Virus record (IMG/VR): IMGVR_UViG_3300023371_000069
DNA length: 58,841 nucleotides
Reading direction: 5' to 3' (one strand)
DNA from: a virus
Taxonomy: Duplodnaviria; Heunggongvirae; Uroviricota; Caudoviricetes
The position numbers and the translations under genes were made by a program. Below the pieces are notes generated by a model, which was not told the origin of the DNA, did no database searches, and worked only from the letters and a program-made list of their open reading frames with translations. This document shows positions 46,283 through 55,563 of this stretch, in pieces. Every line of letters begins with the position of its first letter. Position 1 is the stretch's first letter.

Positions 46283-46765
46283 ATGTCTAATATTAAAATC
46301 TGTACAAAATGTAAAAGAGAGTTGCCTATTTCTGAATTTCGTTGGAAAAATAAAACCAAGGGGATTCATCATTCGCAATGTAAAGATTGCCAAAAGGCAC
46401 AAGAAAAAGTCCATTATCAAGAGAGTAAAGAGCGTAGAGATGCAGTTAGAGCAACTGCAGATACTCAAAAGTTAAACAATCTTGGAATTATTGATAATGC
46501 TAAAGCGTGTGGTTGTCGTAAATGTGGAGAAAAACGTCCATATGTTTTAGACTTCCATCATCGAGACCCCTCGGTAAAAGAAGGAACTATCAATCATATG
46601 TTAAAATCTTCAAGTTTTGAAAAACTTATGGAAGAAATTAATAAATGTGATGTTTTATGTGCCAACTGTCATAGAGAATTTCATCATTTGGAAAGAGAAA
46701 TTGGAATTTCTTATGATGAATATATAGATGGGACGGTGGCGTACACGGTTGGCGCGCCGGTCTGA
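46283..46765 (+). CDS. HNH homing endonuclease (copy 1)
   Basis: HNH motif LDFHHRDP..K..CANCHREFHH plus Zn-binding Cys pairs. SD AAGGAG. The 3' end overlaps tRNA-Phe by about 36 nt. Confidence 0.7.
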   Translation: MSNIKICTKCKRELPISEFRWKNKTKGIHHSQCKDCQKAQEKVHYQESKERRDAVRATADTQKLNNLGIIDNAKACGCRKCGEKRPYVLDFHHRDPSVKEGTINHMLKSSSFEKLMEEINKCDVLCANCHREFHHLEREIGISYDEYIDGTVAYTVGAPV

Positions 46766-46805
46766 AAAACCGAGAACGGTGGTTCGACTCCACCCCGTCC
46801 CACCA
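46730..46805 (+). tRNA. tRNA-Phe(GAA)
   Basis: Acceptor GGGACGG/CCGTCCC, loop CTGAAAA, T-loop TTCGACT, encoded CCA. Confidence 0.65.
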
Positions 46806-47065
46806 CAGTGTGAGAAGTCACTGTTATAAAAACTTCTCAAAAAAGACCGGTAAGCGGGGACCCACATCAACCCAAACAGTTTTTGTCTTGTTGTTTCATA
46901 TTTATGCCTCCTCATATATATAAAGCGGATGTGGCTGCCGGGAACGTACCCTTTCTATATATTCTGAAATATATAGAAACAAAAACTATTTCTGTGGTAG
47001 AGAGTTTTTACATCTAGGCTCGGCTGAGTTTGTTTTTTACTCTACCATTTCTTCATACTTTGTAT

Positions 47066-47155
47066 GGAGAGGTGGGTGAGTGGCTTAAACCAGCTCCCTG
47101 CTAAGGAGCCGACCCGATTTAGGGTCCGAGGGTTCGAATCCCTCCCTCTCCGCCA
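47066..47155 (+). tRNA. tRNA-Ser(GCU), type II
   Basis: Acceptor GGAGAGG/CCTCTCC, loop CTGCTAA, long variable arm, disc G, encoded CCA. Confidence 0.7.
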
Positions 47156-47283
47156 AGAGTAGAGAAGTACAATCTACTTAGTGATGTATAGTGTAGGTAG
47201 GAAAGAACACGCCAAAATGGAGGTCATATGCCAGAGTAGGTAACCCGGACGCCTAAGAAGCTCACCCGGTGCATCACGCATAT

Positions 47284-47371
47284 GGAAGAGTAAGCATAAT
47301 TGGTACTGCCTCGGTCTAGAAAACCGTTCGTCGGCAACGGCGTGCAGGTTCGAGTCCTGTCTCTTCCGCCA
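47284..47371 (+). tRNA. type II tRNA (Ser-like; anticodon AGA?)
   Basis: Acceptor GGAAGAG/CTCTTCC, disc G, long variable arm. Anticodon loop read as CTAGAAA. Confidence 0.4.
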
Positions 47372-47421
47372 ACATCCATATCCCTTTAACATTGATTTTG
47401 ATACGAAAGGTGAGATATGCG

Positions 47422-47568
47422 ATGAGTTTTCCTACAAACTGTTCTACTTGTCAATTCCGCAACCGTTGTGATGCGGCTATGTATACTGACAAGTGTCACT
47501 TCTATGGAAAAGAAGATAAACCACAGAAGTTTAGCTTCAAGCGTTTTTTCTTCAAGTTTTTCGCCTAA
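47422..47568 (+). CDS. small Cys-rich ORF (49 aa)
   Basis: ATG has AAGGTGAG upstream. CSTC..C..C motifs. Between tRNAs. Confidence 0.3.
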   Translation: MSFPTNCSTCQFRNRCDAAMYTDKCHFYGKEDKPQKFSFKRFFFKFFA

Positions 47569-47583
47569 TAAAACTTGTTATAT

Positions 47584-47660
47584 GCTTCCATAGCTCAGTT
47601 GGCCAGAGCAACGCACTAGTAATGCGTAGGTCGTCAGTTCGAATCTGACTGGAAGCTCCA
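47584..47660 (+). tRNA. tRNA-Thr(AGU) (A34)
   Basis: Acceptor GCTTCCA/TGGAAGC, anticodon arm ACGCA/CTAGTAA/TGCGT, encoded CCA. Confidence 0.6.
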
Positions 47661-47663
47661 TAT

Positions 47664-47739
47664 GCGGGGTTAGCTCAGCTGGGAGAGCATATGCCTTACA
47701 AGCATAGGGTCGGCGGTTCGAGCCCGTCACTCCGCACCA
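47664..47739 (+). tRNA. tRNA-Val(UAC)
   Basis: Loop CTTACAA, encoded CCA. Confidence 0.75.
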
Positions 47740-47823
47740 CTCTCCGTAGTAGGTTCATAAACCATACGAAAAAATAACAGGTTTAGACGCACTGAACCTG
47801 CGTCGGCTACGGAGATACCATAT

Positions 47824-47899
47824 GCGGCTGTGGCTCAGTTGGTAGAGCATCTGATTGCCATTCAGAAGGTCGCGGGTTCGAACCCCGTCAGCCGCTCCA
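47824..47899 (+). tRNA. tRNA-Gly(GCC)
   Basis: Acceptor GCGGCTG/CAGCCGC, loop TTGCCAT, encoded CCA. Confidence 0.75.
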
Positions 47900-48013
47900 G
47901 GGTAGTCCGCAAGAATCAAGTGTGAACGAGATGTGACGTCCGCTCTTAGTACCATTTGAGGAACAAAAATGAGGCTATAGTGACAGCGGATACAACTCCT
48001 ACCCGCCAAATAT

Positions 48014-48090
48014 GGTGGCTGTAGTTCAGTTGGTTAGAACGCCAGATTGTGGCTCTGGAGGTCGCGTGTTCGAGTCACGTCAGCCACCCC
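48014..48090 (+). tRNA. tRNA-His(GUG) with an encoded G-1
   Basis: G-1:C73, loop TTGTGGC, encoded CCA. Confidence 0.75.
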
Positions 48091-48180
48091 ATAGACAGAC
48101 ACAGCAAATTTATTTTTTACAAAAACGCTTATTTTGGGTTTAAGAATTGTTACTGTAAATTCTGTCTAGTTTTTTTTTAT

Positions 48181-48257
48181 GCCCCAGTAGCTCAGTTGGA
48201 TAGAGCATCCGGCTTCTACCCGGTCTGTCGGGAGTTCGAGTCTCTCCTGGGGTGCCA
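48181..48257 (+). tRNA. tRNA-Arg(UCU)
   Basis: Loop CTTCTAC, encoded CCA. Confidence 0.75.
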
Positions 48258-48266
48258 ACTATATAT

Positions 48267-48344
48267 GTCCGCTTAGCTCAGTTGGAATAGAGCGCCTGGC
48301 TACGAACCAGGAGGTCGGGAGTTCGAGTCTCTCAGCGGATGCCA
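48267..48344 (+). tRNA. tRNA-Arg(ACG)
   Basis: Loop CTACGAA, encoded CCA. Confidence 0.7.
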
Positions 48345-48359
48345 ACTGAAAAATCTTTT

Positions 48360-48388
48360 TTGATTTTTCTTAAAAAATATGATATAAT
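48360..48388 (+). promoter_or_regulatory. class 2 promoter cassette
   Basis: Cassette consensus. Confidence 0.6.
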
Positions 48389-48502
48389 ATATATGTAAGA
48401 TGAAAAGGATAAAATCCTTTTCAAAGGCTCATACAGCAATTCTAATGTAAATGACCTGTTGCTCAAAATTGGTAATATACAAAAGAATGAGTTTTGAAAT
48501 AA

Positions 48503-48579
48503 CGGAGTATAGCTCAGATGGTTAGAGCACCGTGCTGATAACGCGGGGGTCACTGGTTCGACTCCAGTTACTCCGACCA
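48503..48579 (+). tRNA. tRNA-Ile(GAU)
   Basis: Acceptor CGGAGTA/TACTCCG, loop CTGATAA, encoded CCA. Confidence 0.7.
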
Positions 48580-48606
48580 TATCACCAAGAAAGGAAAAGT
48601 GCAAAC

Positions 48607-49737
48607 ATGGGTATGAATGTTGTTCATTCCGGCGATACCTTCCAGATTTATGGTGACGCCCTAAAAACTTATGATAAATTACCAGTAGGCACATATGATG
48701 TGTGCTTCCATAAAATGATGGGTTTTTATTTAACTTCTCACGCAGACCTCGTTGTCAATGAAGAGAAGATTTATGGTTCAAGTCCTGCTAAGGTTGAAAA
48801 GGTTCTGCGTGGTTTCCAGGCAGTTGACCGCAACTTTGGCGTTATCCTTTCCGGTCGTAAGGGTATTGGTAAGTCTTTGTTCGCTCGTCAGCTTGCTGTT
48901 CGAGCAAAGGATTATAATCTTCCCCTTATCATCGTATCCTGCTATTACCCTGGAATTGCTGATTTCCTCAGCTCCATTGAGCAGGAAGTAATTGTGCTCT
49001 TCGACGAGTTTGAAAAGACTTTTGCCGACCAGGAGCACGCAAATCCGCAGGAAGATATGCTTCCTCTGTTCGACGGTATCGACAATGGTAAGAAGCTGTT
49101 CATTATCACTTGTAACGAAGTGCATAAGCTGAACTCTTATCTGATTAACCGTCCCGGTCGTTTCCATTATCATTTCGTTCTGGGTAATCCTAATCCCGAC
49201 GAAATCAAGGAGTATATGACCGATAAGTTAAATCCCGAGTACCATCACCTTATCAAAAAGCTGATTGGTTTCTCTCTGAATGTAGATTTGACTTATGACG
49301 TCCTCCGAGCAATCGCATTTGAGTTAAATATGGGTTATTCTTTCGAGGATACTCTCATGGACTTGAATATTAGCAAGGAAGGCACTCCTAAGTATAATAT
49401 CCGTGTTGAGTTTGCGGACGGTACCTACCGCGTGGTTAGTGGCCAGCGTGTGAATACTTACTCCAATGACCGTGTCTACTTCTGGTTTAACGACAAGAGT
49501 GGACGCTCTAGCGATTCCATTCGTTTGGAGTTTATTCCTTCCGACATTATCCTTGACATGGACCACGCCGAAATGACTCTTGACCCCTCCAAAGTTGAGA
49601 AGTATGTCGACGAGGACTACTTCGATATGGAGAAGCCCGAAGAGAAGAAGCGTTACGAGTATCTGTGTAATTTGGAAATCACCAAGATTACCTTTACTCG
49701 CGTAGTTGACGAGTATGCTTACAAGTATCTCGTTTAA
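48607..49737 (+). CDS. AAA+ family ATPase
   Basis: Walker A GRKGIGKS and Walker B IVLFDEF. 376 aa. ATG lies in frame inside track ORF 48532..49737. Confidence 0.6.
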   Translation: MGMNVVHSGDTFQIYGDALKTYDKLPVGTYDVCFHKMMGFYLTSHADLVVNEEKIYGSSPAKVEKVLRGFQAVDRNFGVILSGRKGIGKSLFARQLAVRAKDYNLPLIIVSCYYPGIADFLSSIEQEVIVLFDEFEKTFADQEHANPQEDMLPLFDGIDNGKKLFIITCNEVHKLNSYLINRPGRFHYHFVLGNPNPDEIKEYMTDKLNPEYHHLIKKLIGFSLNVDLTYDVLRAIAFELNMGYSFEDTLMDLNISKEGTPKYNIRVEFADGTYRVVSGQRVNTYSNDRVYFWFNDKSGRSSDSIRLEFIPSDIILDMDHAEMTLDPSKVEKYVDEDYFDMEKPEEKKRYEYLCNLEITKITFTRVVDEYAYKYLV

Positions 49738-49742
49738 TTAAC

Positions 49743-49758
49743 GGGGCCTGCGGGCCCC
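49743..49758 (+). terminator. GC hairpin (GGGGCCTGCGGGCCCC)
   Basis: Lies immediately after the ATPase stop codon. Confidence 0.4.
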
Positions 49759-49764
49759 TCATAT

Positions 49765-49842
49765 CCGGGCGTAGCTCAGTTTGGCTAGAGCGCGTGGTTT
49801 GGGACCATGAGGCCGCAGGTTCGAGTCCTGTCGCCCGGACCA
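49765..49842 (+). tRNA. tRNA-Pro(UGG)
   Basis: Acceptor CCGGGCG/CGCCCGG, loop TTTGGGA, encoded CCA. Confidence 0.7.
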
Positions 49843-49988
49843 AAAAACCTCGTCTATGTGGAGGCACGAGCCATTGGCAAACATAGACAAAATTATCTTA
49901 GTAGGTTAGTAGTGAGGTAATCAGCCAATTAAGTCCTCGCTAGACGCGAAAAGATGTGATGGTTGGAGGTTAGCCATCACACATATAT

Positions 49989-50066
49989 CTGGATGCAGCT
50001 CAGTTTGGCTAGAGCGCTACCTTGGGGTGGTAGAGGCCGAAGGTTCAAGTCCTTTCATTCAGACCA
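49989..50066 (+). tRNA. tRNA-Pro(GGG)
   Basis: Loop TTGGGGT, encoded CCA. Confidence 0.65.
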
Positions 50067-50105
50067 TAGACACATACAGCAAATTTATTCTACTAAAGAA
50101 TAATT

Positions 50106-50180
50106 GTCGGTTCGAGTCCGACTCCAAGCTCCGAACAGCTTAGATGGCGAAATTGGTTTACGCGCTTGTCTGATAAACAA
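50106..50180 (+). other. permuted tRNA-like element (T-arm and acceptor 3' strand, then acceptor 5' strand, D-arm and a complete Ile-like GAU anticodon arm)
   Basis: GTCGG TTCGAGT CCGAC TCCAAGC TCC, then GCTTAGA TG GCG..CGC G CTTGT CTGATAA ACAAG. Confidence 0.4.
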
Positions 50181-50223
50181 GTATTAAATGTCTTTTAGAG
50201 GTGTCTAGCAATTAAATCTTTAT

Positions 50224-50252
50224 TGATTTTCTTAAAAAATTATGATATAATA
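50224..50252 (+). promoter_or_regulatory. class 2 promoter cassette
   Basis: Cassette consensus. Confidence 0.6.
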
Positions 50253-50284
50253 TATACATAAGATAAAGAAAGGAATTGATAAAG

Positions 50285-50590
50285 ATGCCGAAGTTAGTAG
50301 CAGCAGCTATCAAGTTTAAGCCAAAAGGCTGTGAATATTTTCAAATTATGTGCGGCAAGCGACACTGCAATGTCCTTGAAATGATGTACAATCTCCGCAT
50401 TGAATATGAAAAAGCTACTGCGGTCCAGGGTTTCCTCACTGAGGACGACCAGTTTGTCGACCGGTACGATGCCGCACAGATGGCTTATCGTAGTAAACAA
50501 ATTTTACCAGATTCCGACCTCTTGGAGAAGATGAATGCAGACCCCGATATGTTAAATGCATATCAGTTGTTTTCGGAGGATGTATGGTAA
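50285..50590 (+). CDS. hypothetical protein
   Basis: ATG follows aaagaaaggaattgataaag. Confidence 0.5.
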   Translation: MPKLVAAAIKFKPKGCEYFQIMCGKRHCNVLEMMYNLRIEYEKATAVQGFLTEDDQFVDRYDAAQMAYRSKQILPDSDLLEKMNADPDMLNAYQLFSEDVW

Positions 50591-50763
50591 GTGAAGAACT
50601 AAAAAAGGATATTGGCAATGCTCTTGCGGCATATGCTTACATCTTAAATGCGGCTGCTCTTGGATGCCAAGTTCCTTCTCAATTTGAAATTTTTAAGCAG
50701 TTAGAACCCGAAGAGGTTCATGAAAGACTATCTAAACTGCATGAGTGGTATCAGCAGTTATAA
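50584..50763 (+). CDS. small hypothetical protein (59 aa)
   Basis: ATGGTAA overlap with the preceding stop. Not in the track. Confidence 0.35.
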   Translation: MVSEELKKDIGNALAAYAYILNAAALGCQVPSQFEIFKQLEPEEVHERLSKLHEWYQQL

Positions 50764-50800
50764 ATAAAGGCACACACAGCAATCACACTTTTTGTGTACC

Positions 50801-50880
50801 GTCGGTTCGAGTCCGATTTTTCCAGCCATTTTTGGAGAATAGCTTAGTGGGTAAAGCAACAAATTAAGTGCCTTGTAAAT
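50801..50880 (+). other. permuted tRNA-like element (T-arm, acceptor 3' strand and CCA, then the complementary 5' part with D-arm)
   Basis: GTCGG TTCGAGT CCGAT TTTTCCA G CCA, then TGGAGAA TA GCTT AGTGGGTAAA GC. Confidence 0.35.
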
Positions 50881-50960
50881 CCGTTCGTTAGGCGGAAAAG
50901 AGTCAAAAATAGTTAATTTATAATCAGTGCTTTTCACATATAGTGAAGGGAGTTGAGTAT

Positions 50961-51353
50961 ATGGAAACTAAAATTTGCTCTAAATGTGGTGTTGAAAAAC
51001 CCATCACCGAATATCATAAAAATGGGTTTGATAGACAAGGTAATCAAAAATATCGTGGTTATTGTAAAACTTGTGCAAATAAGCGAGAAACTGAACGATA
51101 TTGGGAAAAACGAGCATTTGTTGATGCACAACGAACAGTTTGTGCCAAATGTGGAGAAACTCGTTCCTATGTTTTAGATTTTCATCATATGGACCCAGAT
51201 GAAAAATCATTTACAATTGGAAAAATGAAAAAAGGCTCAGAAGAAACTCTACAAAAAGAAATTGATAAATGTGTTTGTTTATGTGCTAATTGCCATCGAG
51301 AATTTCATCATTTTGAAAAGATGGGATTGACATTAGAAGATTATCTTGTATAA
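50961..51353 (+). CDS. HNH homing endonuclease (copy 2)
   Basis: LDFHHMDP..CANCHREFHH. Same leader as copy 1 (GAAGGGAGTTGAGTAT ATG). Confidence 0.7.
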   Translation: METKICSKCGVEKPITEYHKNGFDRQGNQKYRGYCKTCANKRETERYWEKRAFVDAQRTVCAKCGETRSYVLDFHHMDPDEKSFTIGKMKKGSEETLQKEIDKCVCLCANCHREFHHFEKMGLTLEDYLV

Positions 51354-51361
51354 TCTTTATT

Positions 51362-51437
51362 GGGGATTAGAATAAAGGCAGTTCCGCGGGCTTTGACCCC
51401 GTGTGTGTAGTGGTTCGAATCCACTATCCCCAGCCAG
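51362..51437 (+). tRNA. tRNA-Gln(UUG)
   Basis: Acceptor TGGGGAT/ATCCCCA (U1:A72), disc G, loop CTTTGAC, encoded CCA. Confidence 0.7.
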
Positions 51438-51505
51438 GCGCTAGGCGCTGATTGGGAAAAGTAATTGAAGTCGTTTGCGGTTATCGACAATAAAAACCGC
51501 AATAT

Positions 51506-51581
51506 TGGGGATTGGCGCAATTGGTAGCGCGGCAGACTCTGACTCTGATGGTTAAAGGTTCGAATCCTTTATCCCCAGCCA
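51506..51581 (+). tRNA. tRNA-Gln(CUG)
   Basis: Same acceptor as Gln(UUG). Loop CTCTGAC. Encoded CCA. Confidence 0.65.
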
Positions 51582-51764
51582 TAAAGTAGGAGCATTACGG
51601 ACGGAAACCGTATATAAGCCTCTGAAAAAGGATAGGACGTAGGATTAGAAGTGTCCATCGTTTAAAGAGTGGTCCGCGGCTTTGGTACAATGCCTTTGGT
51701 GTATAAACACACTATCCCAGGTTTGCGGTCAACCTGACCAAAAACCGCCTTTTAAAGAAAAAAT

Positions 51765-51793
51765 TTGATTTTTCAAAAAAAATATGATATAAT
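51765..51793 (+). promoter_or_regulatory. class 2 promoter cassette
   Basis: Cassette consensus. Followed by about 800 nt of ORF-poor sequence. Confidence 0.55.
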
Positions 51794-52630
51794 ATATATG
51801 TAAGGTTATGAGAAGAGTACACTTCCCTTTCGAGGATATATGATGATTCCAAGTGCGCCGGGTTCGTGGCTTAAGCCGATAAGTGAGAAAGATAAGGCGG
51901 CCGGTAAGAGGGTCTGTTGAAGGACTGTTTCTTTGACACTTGTTTCTCCTAAAATCTTAACCTTTTTAAGCAACCGATAACTGATAACCCTCCGCTGAAT
52001 AAGCCTGGTGGTTGCGATTTCGACTAATATCAGTTTGAACCTTGAAAAGTTTGCATCTCGGTGAAGAGCGAATCCCATCGTGCCGAGAACCCAATCCTGC
52101 CTGCGGGCGCCAGGAGTCCGAAATAATTTTGTCGACGATAGCCGGCAATAGGTAGAGGGCTTGCGTTGTGAAGCGTGAGTTCCGCCTCAGAACTGAGGTC
52201 CTGGATGGAGGGGTGTGCAATCATAACCGCATCTAAAAACACTGTCTCGTCGCTTCCGCAATAGACGCCCCTGTGGGGAATAAGCCATGTTAGGGTTTAG
52301 CTGGTGACTGTACCAAACCATGGTAGACCAATAAGGAAGTTTGCGTTGATGACCGGGTGACCGGCCTATAAGACGAGGTTGTGGTACGAGTAGCCCAATC
52401 GCAAAGAACATTAATGCTTGATGATTTAGTTGGTTATTATCAAATATTTCTGAATGGCGGGTGAAAGTTGCAGGCAATCATTCCTGCATGGGACTTGGTC
52501 GAAAGACTGGGGCCGGAAGTTAGGGGTCGCTCCCCGAAGCTCAGACCGTGTCTCCCCATTGGTTGAATATAGGTGAAGGTTAAACAGAGTGTATGGCGAA
52601 GGTCAGCAAACTTTTCAAGATTCTAAATAT

Positions 52631-52769
52631 GAGCCGTTGGCGGAATTGGTAGACGCACCGGACCGGAATGAAATAGTGTCTTGGTCTAAAACGCTAACAG
52701 CAAGTAAAATCGGACTTAAAATCCGGCGCCTTAGTTGGCATCTTGGTTCAAGTCCAAGGCGGCTCACCA
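52631..52769 (+). tRNA. tRNA-Leu(UAA), type II, carrying a roughly 54-nt insertion between the D-arm and anticodon arm
   Basis: Acceptor GAGCCGT/GCGGCTC, anticodon arm TCGGA/CTTAAAA/TCCGG, T-arm CTTGG/TTCAAGT/CCAAG, encoded CCA. The insertion (about 52658-52712) is flanked by a CCGGA/TCGGA direct repeat and contains AACAGCAAG. Confidence 0.4.
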
Positions 52770-53104
52770 CGGCCCAAGGTTATTGTTGTAGTAGAGTTAG
52801 CCGCTACTGCGTATAAATAACTTTTTTTGATTGAACAAAGCTATCGCTAAAGTCCTGGCATAACCTATCTAGCTTCCAAGGACCGGTGCCTGCACCGGAC
52901 CCGTTTTCAAGGTAGGCATGGAAACATCCAAGCATCGTAGGTTAAACTCGAGTAATTATCTGCGTCGGTAGGCTGTCAAAATTGAGGTTGGATGTATATT
53001 TGACAAGGCATTTATATTTCGGCAGACACCGTGGCCGGCGTTGATTAATTTATATGATTTAGTTTTGAAATATAGTAGAAGCTAAAAGAAAAGGAGATTT
53101 TACT

Positions 53105-53512
53105 ATGTTATTTGAAACAAATCGTGATAAAGGTCGCGCAGGCATGGCGATGGCAATCGCCTATTTTGGAGCCAATGGATATACAATTAATGTCCCTCTA
53201 AACGATACTCAATGGTATGATTTAGTCATTGAAAAAGATGGCGTATTTAAAACAGTTCAATGTAAAGCAACTGGTAGTGCTGATAATAGTGTTTCAATTA
53301 AAAGCACTGGTGGTACAAAAGGTAGTGTGTATGATACTATATTAAACCACCCTGTTGATTATTTATTCTGTTTAGATGGGGAAATGCATATGTATGTCAT
53401 TCCAGTTCAAGATTTGCGAGATTATGGAGTGAGTAAACAAATTACTCTCCGCACTCAAAAATCTGCCAATGGACAAGGTTTTCAAACTTATCAATATATG
53501 GTGTCTATTTAA
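53105..53512 (+). CDS. Hjc-like PD-(D/E)xK nuclease, putative homing endonuclease (copy 2)
   Basis: KGRAG..AYF..GY.INVPLNDTQWYDLVIEKDGVFKTVQCK matches the Holliday-junction-resolvase-like fold. Confidence 0.5.
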   Translation: MLFETNRDKGRAGMAMAIAYFGANGYTINVPLNDTQWYDLVIEKDGVFKTVQCKATGSADNSVSIKSTGGTKGSVYDTILNHPVDYLFCLDGEMHMYVIPVQDLRDYGVSKQITLRTQKSANGQGFQTYQYMVSI

Positions 53513-53520
53513 TACCATAT

Positions 53521-53607
53521 GGGTCAGTACAGTGTAACTGGTATCACCCCTGACTGTAAATCAGGTGCTTAATGCGGTTGTAGGTTCGAGTCCTACCTGG
53601 CCCACCA
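53521..53607 (+). tRNA. tRNA-Tyr(GUA), type II
   Basis: Acceptor GGGTCAG/CTGGCCC, anticodon arm CCTGA/CTGTAAA/TCAGG, long variable arm, encoded CCA. Confidence 0.6.
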
Positions 53608-54393
53608 TTGAATGCGAAGCATTCAAAAATTAAAATGAATACCATTCGCTGCGAATATAGGCGGGGCATCCTTTCATTCCCAAAGTCCTCGTAGGGTAAA
53701 ACGTGGAAACTGCTCCTATGGCTGAAGGTTTCTGGTGGTATTTGGACTAAATAAGGTTACTCCCCCTGGTGACTGTGGTGAAACGATATATCCCGACCCG
53801 TGCTGACACGTATCAGATATTTAGTTTGACGCTCCATATGCGTTAATATGGTAGGTTTTTTGTTGACTTTTCCCTTCGTGTTTGACCTAAAAGTCAAATG
53901 GTAGTAGTTGTATTATTGATATGAAGAACTTTTCTTTACGGTCTACGGTCTGTAATGTAAATACTTCTTCCCTCTGCTATTAGGTCCCTGGAGTATAAAC
54001 TAAGTCGAGTTATAGGATACGAAGATTAAGTCCAGGCGCCCCTATCGCGAAATGGATAGGTGAGATTGGGTAACGATAATTGAATGCAGACTCGCAACTG
54101 TTATATGATTAAATGTATTAAAAATCTTATTATTGATTGAAGTAGCGCTCGGTGAAATAGCCCAATACTGAGGTAATGCGATGAAAAGCGAAAAGATTGA
54201 TTTTAAGTGGAAAATTCCGTATTAGAAAATATGATAACCGATGGTAAGAGGCCCTAGTACTGCCCCATTTAGCTTACAGATTATATGGGTAGGTGGAACG
54301 GGAGAGGTTGGTAGTGTGCGGCGAGACCAAGAGATGTTTCAGCGCGTACAAAGTAGGTTTGACTTGACTCTAATACGGGATTTTTTCTACTCT

Positions 54394-54422
54394 TTGACTT
54401 TGAAAAAAAATTTTTGTATAAT
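54394..54422 (+). promoter_or_regulatory. class 2 promoter cassette (TTGACT variant)
   Basis: TTGACTttgaaaaaaaatttTTGTATAAT. Confidence 0.55.
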
Positions 54423-54523
54423 ATATACATAAGATAAAGATAAAAAAAATAAGACTCATACAGCAAATTTAATTTTGGAACAATCTTTTAAATTGTCAGA
54501 CCAGAAAAAAGAGTCTTGAGTAT

Positions 54524-54589
54524 GCCGGTATAGCTCAGTTGGTAGAGTAGCTCACTTGTAATGAGCAGGTCGGGGGTTCGAGTCCGTCT
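54524..54589 (+). tRNA. tRNA-Thr(UGU)
   Basis: Acceptor GCCGGTA/TACCGGC, loop CTTGTAA, encoded CCA. Confidence 0.65.
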
Positions 54590-54642
54590 ACCGGCTCCAT
54601 TTCCAAAAGGAAAAATATATTAAAGAGTAAAAGGTGAATGAA

Positions 54643-54996
54643 ATGAGATATCCTATTGAGAAGTATCAGATTGTGGTTCATCAACATCCTGACTACCACA
54701 CTACTGAAATTCTGGCACGAAGCACTTATGCTGGTGAGACCGTTAAGGGTAAGGCTATTTGCCATCTGAACGATACCTATGATGAAGATAAGGGTGTTAA
54801 GCTGGCTGTTGCTCGTTGCGCAGAAAAGATTGCCAAGAAGCGTAAGGCTCGTGCGGCCCGCCTGTTGAAGAAGGCACAGGACCAGCTGGCTATGGCTCAG
54901 AAGTATGTGACCGATATGACCGCATACCATACTGATGCCACTGCAGAACTGGCTGAAGCCCAGGCTGACGTTGCTAATATTCTGGCAACTATGTAA
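54643..54996 (+). CDS. hypothetical protein with a basic/Ala-rich C-terminus
   Basis: ATG has AAAGGTGA upstream. Confidence 0.5.
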   Translation: MRYPIEKYQIVVHQHPDYHTTEILARSTYAGETVKGKAICHLNDTYDEDKGVKLAVARCAEKIAKKRKARAARLLKKAQDQLAMAQKYVTDMTAYHTDATAELAEAQADVANILATM

Positions 54997-55040
54997 GAGC
55001 TAAGCTCTTACGATTCAATGGGAGCATATGCTCCCGATAT

Positions 55041-55128
55041 GGAGGTTTGGCCGAGTGGTTTAAGGCAGCAGTCTTGAAAACTGCCGGCCCGCGAGGGTCC
55101 CTGGGTTCGAATCCCAGAGCCTCCGCCA
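55041..55128 (+). tRNA. tRNA-Ser(UGA), type II
   Basis: Acceptor GGAGGTT/AGCCTCC, anticodon arm GCAGT/CTTGAAA/ACTGC, disc G, encoded CCA. Confidence 0.7.
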
Positions 55129-55236
55129 TCACTCGTAGTTTAAGAGAAAAACACTTCGTTCCGGAACGGGAGAGTTGCGCTGTGCTACCCGCCAGAGCCG
55201 AGTGAGCCTAAAATTAAATAGAAAGGATGATGTGTT

Positions 55237-55563
55237 ATGATTGGTGCATATAATCGTGATGTATCTATTAGAAAGGCACTTCGTAAAAGACGCCTTGCAA
55301 GGGAGATTTACCGTTGGAATCCCGAGTGGGAGTATTACGATAACCTTCATCAGTTTTCTAAAAATAAAATCCATTGTTCTTGTCCTTGTTGCTCTACAAA
55401 GACTCGTAACAAGGGTCACCGCAGACATAAAGCCGGTAATTACAATCGCAATTTGAATTACAAGGCTTCTGAATTGCGTAGACTCTTGGCTATGGATGAA
55501 GAAGAAATGGAATATGTTGGACGCATTTGGCGTCCTAATCGTTGTAAATATGAATCGTGCTAA
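55237..55563 (+). CDS. small basic Cys-containing protein
   Basis: SD AAAGGATG. Lys/Arg-rich. Confidence 0.45.
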   Translation: MIGAYNRDVSIRKALRKRRLAREIYRWNPEWEYYDNLHQFSKNKIHCSCPCCSTKTRNKGHRRHKAGNYNRNLNYKASELRRLLAMDEEEMEYVGRIWRPNRCKYESC

